A stretch of 64,000 nt of DNA, from assembly GCF_006345805.1 (NCBI RefSeq), contig NC_042999.1:41726001-41790000 (forward strand). The letters are read 5' to 3'. Shown piece by piece: positions 11,672 to 21,292 of this stretch (within the stretch, counting starts at the first letter, position 1; each line of letters opens with the position of its first letter). This stretch comes from Octopus sinensis. Its lineage: Eukaryota. The position numbers and the translations under genes are program-made. A model generated the notes under the pieces. That model was not told the DNA's origin. It saw nothing but the letters and a program-made list of their open reading frames with translations, and did not search any database.

Positions 11672-14063
11672 CTATATGTATGTGCGTGTATGTATATATG
11701 CATGCATGTTGGGACAAATAAATGCGTTCCTGAAATGATCTTCCCTCCTCTTGCGTATAGCCTATCTAAGTTTACTCTACCTAGTGTCTCCCGGTTCTTT
11801 CCAACGCAGTTGAATGTTATTCGAAAGAGATTTGCTGTCTTTTCTAACAAGCCCAGCACCCACATACAAACTATCTCACCCATTGATTCATGTTTCTGTG
11901 TGTCAGTGTATAGAAATTCATCTGTAGGAGGAGTTGGAGATGTTCTTAGAAATGTTATGTATACGCTAGCTTGTCAAGTAAATAATGATACTGGAAAAAA
12001 ATTATAGAACTAGAGGACAAATCAAAAAAAAAAAGAAAGAAAAGAAAGAAAAATTATCCTTTGGTTTCTCAATGGTTGTATCTGTCAGCTTTCGCATCTA
12101 TCAATCAGTGTATGGTTGTGAATAATTTATTGATTCAAGTTGTATATATAAACAATTTGCATTAAATATAAACCACAGATATTCCGATCAATGACATGAA
12201 AACAAAATTCACGTACCGTATCTTTTTTTGCTTTTTTTGCTTTTTCAGTTTAGTTATTACCAGAGTAGTGTGGCTTCTTGTTTTTTTTTTAGAACTATTA
12301 ACCTCATTTATTTTGTTTCGCATTCACAAAACATTTTCGAAGTGTATAGCATAATGGATTAGAACTGAGGGAGGAAAAAAAGCGTGTTAAATATAAAAGT
12401 TCAATGTTCAAACGTAGCCTGAATACAAGGAAGAATATATGTTATTTTTATTTTTATTGTATTAGCATTACCTTTTCACCAGAAATACTGTGGTTTGGGG
12501 AACTACTGTTGCTTCTGTTATATTCCTGGAAAGCAACTCTCTTCCACACATTATTTTTAGAGTTGTTTCGATCCTACTGAATAAAGCTTCTCGTTTTGTG
12601 GGTTCTTTTTTTTTTTTGACAAGTGATTATGAGGTAACTAGTTTATTTTTAGTAATAAAAGTAAAAGACATAATATGAAACATTTTTACTAATAGAATTA
12701 GCAGTAAAAACTGAATGAAGATTAACAGGGGAGTGATACCGCTTATAGGTTTAAGCTCGTTGAGAAAACGACTACTTGTACTATGGGACTTGCGGTATTT
12801 CCTAACCAGATACGAGGATAAAAATTAAGTGTAAACCTCAAATTATTTACAAGTACTTTTCCTAATCATTGATGATGTCTTATTATTGTACCATATCTAT
12901 AACAAAGTGAAAGCACAAAGGCTGTTGGAGACTAATTGTTTTTAACATAATAAAATAAATTTTAACCGATTACAAAGTTGTAGCTTGATTACCGCTAGCA
13001 TATTTGGAACGACTTATCCAAACATTCTGAATTGCATCGGAAAAGTCACCCAGTCGAATAGCAAAGACTCTTCAACGAAAACACGTTGTCCATTCACCCA
13101 CTGATATGTTAGCCTCTCCCTGTTCCTCTTACTTTCTCGCCATCTCCCTCTGTTTCTCCCCCTCTCTATCTCACTCTCTGTCTCCTTCTCTCTCCCTCAC
13201 TCGTTTCTATCACTACACAAAAATCCCTTCTCTTAGCTATCATATTCGTATATATCACCTCCATCGTTATCTACCCTATGCAATAGCTTCCCATATCATT
13301 TGTAATGTGTCTCACTTTTAGATCCCTTACGAATAAAACCGTCCCTAATCCTGCTTTAAAATTCTTCTTCGTCCACGATTCTTTTTATTCACACACCAAT
13401 CTATATAAGGCCAAACATAACATCACGACTCTTATCAGCCCGGAAGTGTCTACTAAAGTCGTAAATGCTGTCCATTGTCGTCGCCCAAATAATTAGTTTA
13501 AAAATAGTGTAGTCTAGTTGAGTAAACAGAAACACAAAAGATATGATTAACAGAGCTGACAGCACAAATTGCTCTGAAAGCTACGGTAATGGATTTTGAC
13601 ATGTTAATTGATGTGCGTGTATGTATGAGTCGCTGTGTTTATGTATTATGAGTTGCCGTGTTTATGTATGAGTTGCTCTGTATATGAAAGTTGAGTTTTG
13701 ATTTTAAGTTACTACGTTAGATACGGTTGACACGGCTGAAATCTCTCATTTGCAATAGCTTCTTGATATTCGTCTCTCACCAAAACTAGCAAAGTAAATA
13801 AATTCTCTCCAAGTTCATCACAGGACCTACCTTCATTTTTATGCGTAAGAAGGCTTATGGGAGAATTCATGTGCGTTAATCTCACCAATATGTATGCTAT
13901 TATGTTAGTAGGGCAACGATCAGCAACTGGTGACTTTCGTAACTAGCTCTGTGTGTTTTTCCTGGAAGTTTCCCAGCAGATTATAACTGAAGTTTCCCGT
14001 TACTTTCTTACAGGTATTGTGTTTAGGAGACGCCATCTTATCGGTTTCTCTTTCTCTCTCTTT

Positions 14064-14279
14064 TCTCTTTTACTTGTTTCAGTCATTTTGACTGCGGCCA
14101 TGCTGGAGCACAGCCTTTAATCATCGAGCAACTCGACCCCGGGACTTATTCTTTGTAAGCCCAGTACTTACTCTATCGGTCTCTTTGCCGAACCGCTAGT
14201 TGACTGGGACGTAAACACACCAGCATCGGCTGTCAAGCGATGATGGGGGGGGGGGGCAAACACAGACATACAAACTCAT

Positions 14280-14322
<43 letters not shown>

Positions 14323-14487
14323 TACGACATGCTTCTTTCAGTTTCCGTCTACTAAATCCACTCACAAGGCTTTGGTCGACCTGAGGCTATGGTAGAAGAC
14401 ACTTGCCCAAGGTGCCACGGAGTGGGACTGAACCCGAAACCATGTGGTTGGTAAACAAGCTACTTACCACACAGCCACTCCTGCGCC
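14064..14487 (-). mobile_element. SINE family B, full length
   Basis: Reverse complement of the 3155 and 56971 copies. Confidence 0.9.
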
Positions 14488-14762
14488 TTTTATATCCTTT
14501 TATATCCTGGTTTATATCCTCTTTCTAAGAAATTGAGGAGAGAAGACGTATCAATAGAAATATTTGATTCTTGATGAAAGATTATGTTTGATTCCGATTG
14601 AAAGTGAACTGAAAGTGTAGAGAGCGAGAGCAAACGCCACAAGTTTCTAATGATTCTGTCATTTCGCTTCGTTTTTAGCTTCTGCAGCAGAAGGGAAAGT
14701 ACAGACATAGTCTCCAGCCACAGTCGGTGTTTATAACGTTTAGAATTAGTCATAAAGGAAAA

Positions 14763-14803
<41 letters not shown>

Positions 14804-15346
14804 ATGCATATCTGAATGTTCGTAAGTGCCTGGGAATCAAAGTCTGTGTTAAAATGTGTTATTGAAAACTGATATATCAATGTGTATTTATATGTAGGCT
14901 TTCAAGATGTGGTTGCGTCAACTCACGTTTCCATATATCTGTGTGTAAGCAAATGATTCGGTGTTTGTTTAATTCTCTCACGGACTGACTGTCAATATGT
15001 GTGTGTATATGTGTGCGTACATGTGTGTGTGTGTTCGTATGTGTATGTGTATGTGTGCGCGTGTTGAGTTATACGTGCGTGCATGTACTCGTCTCCTCTC
15101 CATACGCTGTGTCATTACTGTATGTTCAACATGTTCATATGCATGTATGTGTGCATGCCGTTGCACATCTGTATGTACTTCGACTGTCCACTTCACTCTG
15201 TCATTACCACCTTTAATGAACATTTACACCAGCAAATGTAATATGTAATCGTTATCATGAATATTTAATCTACAGACACAATCACTCTCGTAATTATTCC
15301 ATGCAACCGCCTCATCTCTCGACATATTTGCTTCTATGAACGCATG

Positions 15347-15420
<74 letters not shown>

Positions 15421-15437
15421 GCACGCGGATACATACA

Positions 15438-15470
<33 letters not shown>

Positions 15471-15960
15471 GTGTCTGTGAGTGTGTGCGTTTATGTATGT
15501 GATTTTAGGAAATATTAATATGCGATTGCGTATGTTTTTAATTGAACAAGTATAAGTATCTTTATGTGTGTGAGTGTGTATCTGTGTATTCGGTCTGTAT
15601 ATGTGTGAACATGAGTTTATAATTGTTTGCATCTATAATGTAGCGAGTTAGGAGTTGGTCTGAGTTTCACACTTTCGCCTCGGTTAAGGACAACTCGGCT
15701 AAATTGCTGCATATGCATCTGCTCATAGACGAGAGTGATCAATCATGTATAGACTATATACTATAGACATATTTCATTTAACAGTACAGCTCATCATTAC
15801 TTTCTTGTTGCATTAGTCATATTCAAATATTTGAGAATAGCTGTTATCCTCGTAAAGGATTTTGGGAATATGGAAAACCACTCTTTCCAGCCAGTCATAC
15901 CTCTCGCGTTCAATATATATATATATATATATATAAGAGACCAAAGTGTACGTACGCCGC

Positions 15961-16370
15961 TATATATATAAAATACAAAAAGGGACAACAAAACATTCAG
16001 ATAGACGATACAAAGAAAACAAGGACGGGTCATTCGAAGTTTTCTTTCCTCAGTCAAGCACCAGATTATCCTTGCAATTTCGGCTGATTATTCTTGAGAT
16101 TGCTGCAATCTGGTCAGCCCCAAGGAAAAACTAAGCTAAGAGCATTAGATACTTTGGAAGAAAGCAGCGAATGTATACAAAAATAAGGGCAGAAAAAATG
16201 GACAATATTGCACAAATATAAATACAATAAAATTAATAACAGGACAAAATAACAGGTGTCATCGAATAAGGACGAATTGGATTAAGCTGGCGCGTGTGGA
16301 AATGAAGCCTTGCGGCAGAAATCGTCTATCTGGATGTTTTGTTGTCACTTTTTGTATATTTCATATATAT
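15961..16370. repeat. Element with ~45-50-bp inverted termini embedded in TA tracts
   Basis: ATACAAAAAGGGACAACAAAACATTCAGATAGACGAT pairs with ATCGTCTATCTGGATGTTTTGTTGTCACTTTTTGTAT. Confidence 0.75.
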
Positions 16371-16389
16371 ATACACTTTGACTATTCTT

Positions 16390-16523
16390 ACGTTCTGAAT
16401 TCAAATTATGTCGAGATCAAATTTGCCTTTCATCATTTCGGGCTTGATAAAATAAGTACCAGGTGAACATAGAGGTCGATGTAATTGACTTTATCTCAAC
16501 CCCAAACTGCTGGTCTTGTGACA
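16390..16523 (+). mobile_element. Diverged SINE family A fragment abutting the broken end of the LINE
   Basis: ACGTTCTGAATTCAAATT...TTTGCCTTTCATCATTTCGGGCTTGATAAAATAAGTACC matches the family A body. Confidence 0.75.
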
Positions 16524-18400
16524 TCCGAACGGATGCCTCTGTACAAGGCAGCTATCCAGCCGCGGAAGACGGGACCGAAACCAGCCGCTCTCAGGACTGC
16601 CCCCAAGTATCGATGGTCTACCCTATCAAAGGCTTTCGATTGATCCAAGTTGATCAGGGCCCCACCCATGCCAGGTTCGTTAACTACCCTGTCTATGATG
16701 TAGCGCATCAGATGGAGGTTGTCATGGATGCTCCGCCCGGCACGGCGCACGTTTGTGCGTTGTCGACCAGTTTCTCCATGACAAGCGCCAACCTCTTGGC
16801 TAACACCTTTGTCAAAATTTTCAGGTCTGCATTGAGCAGAGTGATTGGCCTAAAGTTATCTATAATGTTTCCCTTGTTTGGATCTTCTTCAGCAGAGTTA
16901 CAGCTCCTCGACTCACAAAACCGGGTATGCTCCCGTTTTGCTGCCAGTTGCAGTATACCGCTGCCAAGACGTCTCCAAACAAGTCTGGCATACAATAGTA
17001 AAATTCGTAGGGTAGACCATCCAAACCGGTGATTTGTCCCTCGAGCATTCTGCCATCGCTTCCCGCACTTCCACCGCCGTGATGGCACCTTCGCAGCACC
17101 CTGCCTTTCTTGTCGAGAGTCGTGGCAGGCTATGTAGGTAGGCACTGAAGTCTACCCTACTTTCTTGCCCTCCACTCGTCCCGAACAGTCGGGCAAAATG
17201 CTGCTGAAAGGCCTCACACATTTTACTTGGCTCGAGCAATTCGCGCCCCTGTTCATCTACCAGTGACCGAATGGTGGCTTTGTTGCCCTGTTGCGCCTCT
17301 GCCACCCGGGCCTCTCTCGCGGCTCCAACACCTTCGTTCCTTAGAGCACGCATCCTAGCTCTGACAGCACATCCTTCGTGTTTGGCGTTGAAGTGTTGGT
17401 CGAGGGCCAACCTCGCCGCCAAAACGTCGGATGCGATGCCGCTTCTAATTGCCTCTTCTAGCTTCTTAACTAGCTCACCCTCTACTCTATTTCTATCTAT
17501 GGCTAGTGCTTTGCTGTACCTAATCGCTTCTGCTTTTACTGCTCTCTTGAGGGCAAACCACCATTTGTTGTTGATGATGGCTCCCGTCAAAGCCCTCTTT
17601 ACTAGTGTGCTAATCCGGTCTCTGAAAACTTGTCTGGACGGGAATGATGCGTTCAGTTTCCAGTACCCAGGACCCTGTCTATGTGCCTTATCTAAGTCTA
17701 GCGTACACGTCACCAATTTGTGATCCGTGTAGCTGACTGTGTGGAATTGTGGACATCCTAAGTTATCCTTGTCTACTGTCCTACACAATATCCTATCTAG
17801 ATACGATCTCGACGACCCACTGCGGTTGCTCCATGTCCACGTTGGTGCATTTGGGTGGTCGAGTCGGTACCTGTCAGACAGTTGGAATCGTCTGAGCAGG
17901 TCTCTGAGGCATTTGCATCCCCTTCTGTTTCTGTCTCTACCCACGTAGTCTACATGCGTGTCCAAGGTAGCATTCCAATCCCCCACTAAGAGTAAAGGAC
18001 GAGACGTTCCCAAGAATACTTCTAGACGTCGAAAGAAATCCGCCCGACCTGTTAAGGGCGGTGCGTAGACTGATACGAGTCGAAAAGCGCACCCATTGCT
18101 GCCGTCAACATCCAGAACGATCAGTCTACCCTCCGGGTCTACGAATATCGTCTTGACTTCGAGATCCAGGCTCTTGTGAAAAAGTACCGCGGTGCCACTA
18201 CCGCCCATCCTCGGCAGACAGGGAGCGAAATAAATGTTAAACTGTCCGCCAAACATGGACTTTAGGGCCCGTGGCTCGTGGAGTCTGGTCTCACTTATGG
18301 CTATGATTCCCAAATCATGTGACTTGATGTCATTTAGGAGGTATCCTTGTTTCCAAGGAGACCCCAAGCCACGCGCATTCACACAACCAATCTTGACCAT
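16524..18400 (-). pseudogene. LINE ORF2: APE endonuclease plus partial reverse transcriptase (three frameshifts, truncated)
   Basis: APE motifs VNARGL, ISETR, VYAP, VGDWNA, YLDRIL, TDHKLV; Tx1/L1 linker GPGYWKLNAS; RT motifs KSP-GLDGLPYEFY, NFRPITLLNADLKILTKVLAKRL, GRSIHDN, LDQSKAFDRVDH. These are spread over ORFs 16913..18400, 16860..17099, 16708..17145 and 16496..16750. Confidence 0.93.
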
Positions 18401-18450
18401 GATTCTATTGGGGTGTGTGCTTTAAAACACACAAATGAAAGTACAGAGAG

Positions 18451-20190
18451 TTACTTACTTGTGTCGAAAGTTTTGGCTTCCTCGTTCTTTGATGTGTCTT
18501 CGAGGAGGTTTCTATATAGTTTTTGGGACAGATATTTCTGGAAACCCCCTACAGCATTTGGAAGAGGGCTTTGAGTTTGTGTGTTGTGTTTGTGTGATGT
18601 GTAGTATTTTGATGTGTTTGGGTGGTGTAGTGCGTGGATGATTGCTATTTTTAAAGTCATCTTCACAAATGTTTGTGTATCCTGTGATGTACTCCATTAG
18701 TTTGGAGTCTTTTGTGTCTATCGCTGATAGCATTGTTTTTGTGGTGTTGGTGCTTGTTTTGTTGTGTATGGAGTTTTCAGGGTTCAGGTATCTCCCTGCT
18801 TTGGTTGCGATTTCTTGTTTGGTTTTTCTTGATCTTTTTCTTTTACCCCCTGTGGCTATTTGCCATTCTGTCGAACTTTCATCGTTAGATGAAAAGTCTG
18901 ACGAATCAGCAGGGGGCAAGGGTAAGGCGTCTGGGTGTGTTTGTGCGGTTGTAGATATTGTTGTGGTGCGCGGGGAGGGTGTTGCTGGGGGGTTTGTTGT
19001 GGATATTGTCTCTCCTACATCCTTGGTGCTTGTCTTCTTCGTTGTTATTCTTGGTGTTGGAATTGGTTTATTTGTTGTTGGTGGTGATGATTCTGTTCTT
19101 GGCGCTGGTGTTGGTGTTGTTTGGTTGGGTTGGTTTGTTCTTTGTTGTTTTTCCTGCATTTCCGCATACAGCTTCTTGACTAGCTGTCCATATTGTGGTG
19201 TGGGCAATAATCCTGGCTTTTGTGATTTTTCCTGTCGCTGTGTTGTTGTTGTAATTTTGCGGCAGATTTGCACTCCTTTTTGAGGTGTGCCTCACTGCCA
19301 CATGTATAGCATCGTGGCCTTCTGCCCTCGACTACTACGTATAACTTGCGGCCATCCTCAAGATGTACGTGGGTGGGGATTTTATTTATGTCCTCTTGAC
19401 TTATGTGGAAGAGGAACTCTATTCTCTTTCCCAGCCAGTCCTTGTTTTCCGAAACACCGATATCTAGGATGTTTATGTCCTCCATTTCGGATGTTACGGC
19501 GGATGTAATCCACAGTGTTGTAGTCACTTGGGGGACACCACTGATAATGACTTTCGTCACCTTCTGGCCGAGGTAACTCGGTGTCAACGTTAGTTCATCA
19601 GAATGAAGGGTTATCGTTGAGATTTCTTCGCCAACTCTTCATTCTGAAAAACCACCTGTACGTGTGCGAACTTGTTCGCCCAAGTCACACAATCCTTGTA
19701 TCCCCAGATGGGGCGTAAGCACTTTTCGACTTTGTCTGTGCTTGCCTTTTCTGGACTTTTTTTTTTTATTTGTGATTTTATATACAATTGTCTTTTTTTT
19801 TCCTCATTCAGTATGTGCTGAGGTATGTGTAAGAGTATTTTTCCGTTTTGATTTGTAATAAGGTTTCTGCAATCTTTAATCTGTTGTGTAGTAAACGAAA
19901 CTTTTGTTACCTTTTCTTTTATCGCCTCGGCGAAGTTTGTTGTTGTTTTGTTATTGTTGTTACTGTTGATGTTGATGGCAGGGGTGTGGGTTGTAGGTTT
20001 GTGGTTGCTGATTATGCAACTAGCAAGGGGTGGAACATTGCCTGCGTAATTTAGTCCTGCATTAGCGCAAATTTCGGCATTTCGTTTGCTTGTCGTTATT
20101 TTTTCACTTGTTGGTGATGGAGTGAGCAGTGGTTGAAGGGAATTGTTGTTGTCGTCGTCGTCGTCGTCGTTGTTGTTGTTGTTGTTGTTG

Positions 20191-20225
<35 letters not shown>

Positions 20226-20582
20226 GTTGTCGTTCTTGGTGACGGCGGTGGTGTTAGTAGTATTAGTAGCATTGACGGCACGGTCTTTGTGGCGGTGATG
20301 GTGATGTTGGTATTGTATTGGTGGCGAGACGTCTTTAGTAGGGATAGCAGTTTTAGTAGCAGATTCTGCCATGGTGTTGTTGTCGGTGTTGGTGGTGGTG
20401 GTGGACTCACTGATGGTGTTGACGGTGCTTGGCCTTGCGACCTTTGTTTTGTATTTGTTGCTGTTGTCGATGTTGATGGTGGCGGAGTTGTCAGGTTCAG
20501 CGTAAGGTAACAGAGCATCCTGTTTTTCTGCCTCTGCGTCACGGTTGACTTGCATCTCAGCCTCGTGGTGACCAGTGGCCAT
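18451..20582 (-). pseudogene. LINE ORF1 (gag-like nucleic-acid chaperone), ~710 codons split by frameshifts
   Basis: ATG at 20582. Low-complexity T/Q/N/D N-terminus, RRM-like region (KVTKVIISGVPQ), CX2CX4HX4C knuckle CYTCGSEAHLKKEC, T/P-rich tail with basic KRKRSRK. Joins ORFs 19611..20612, 19180..19587, 18512..19273 and 18451..18666. Confidence 0.82.
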
Positions 20583-20788
20583 TTTGGAAATAAAATGGCT
20601 AAATGAAACCACGAAGGCTATGAGAATTTTTTCTTTTAAATTTTGCCCACAAGGGGCAAAATTTTGTGGAGATATTTATCAAAGGTTTACAGTGGATATT
20701 GTTGCACAACTTTTAAACACAAAATATTTCACAATAAATAATTTTCAACGTACAAAATGACCAACTTACGTGGAGACCATTTGACTAG

Positions 20789-20840
20789 CGTCCGTCCGTC
20801 CGTCAGATAGATAGATTAGATAGATAGATAGATAGATAGA
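20789..20840. repeat. (GTCC)4 plus (AGAT)n microsatellite at the LINE 5' junction
   Basis: CGTCCGTCCGTCCGTC AGATAGATAGATTAGATAGATAGATAGATAGATAGA. Confidence 0.9.
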
Positions 20841-21292
20841 CTAAAAACGACTTTTGGTGCTCCAAATTACCTAACATATATGGACAATGTTAAATTTTGT
20901 AAAACACCAAAAATTCAAAATCTCAATATATATTAACCCAATTTCTAACTGTGTCACCAGCTGAAACTAGTCTAAACAATTAAGTGGGAAGTAAAACAGT
21001 CACACTAGTAGTTTCTGTGTCAATGCGTTTATTAACTTAAAATAATGCAACAAGATGAATACCAGAGACAGTAAAGATAGAGAACATCAATTGTCATAAC
21101 GTCCCATTAGTCCACGAGAGCCAACCATACCATCATACAGCGTACGTTTTAGGGAACGACGATCCTTATATTGGCGACTATATTTCATGGAAAATGCAAG
21201 CAAATCTTTTTCAGCTCACACCGCACACGTTAAAACGAGGAAACGACGCTTTGAATAACGTAGATTTAGATCCCCTTGAAAATATGGGTAAG

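Larger units (their letters stand above)
16524..20804 (-). mobile_element. L1/Tx1-clade non-LTR retrotransposon, 5'-intact and 3'-truncated
   Basis: ~220-bp 5' UTR, ORF1 with CCHC knuckle, 50-bp spacer, then ORF2 with APE and the N-terminal half of RT. It ends before the QG.PLSP and YADD motifs. Confidence 0.92.

Noticed and set aside
16463-20510. Plus-strand ORFs overlapping the LINE (e.g. 16463..17032, 17271..17723, 18642..19283, 20133..20510)
   Set aside because: Antisense shadows of LINE ORF1/ORF2 with no recognisable motifs.
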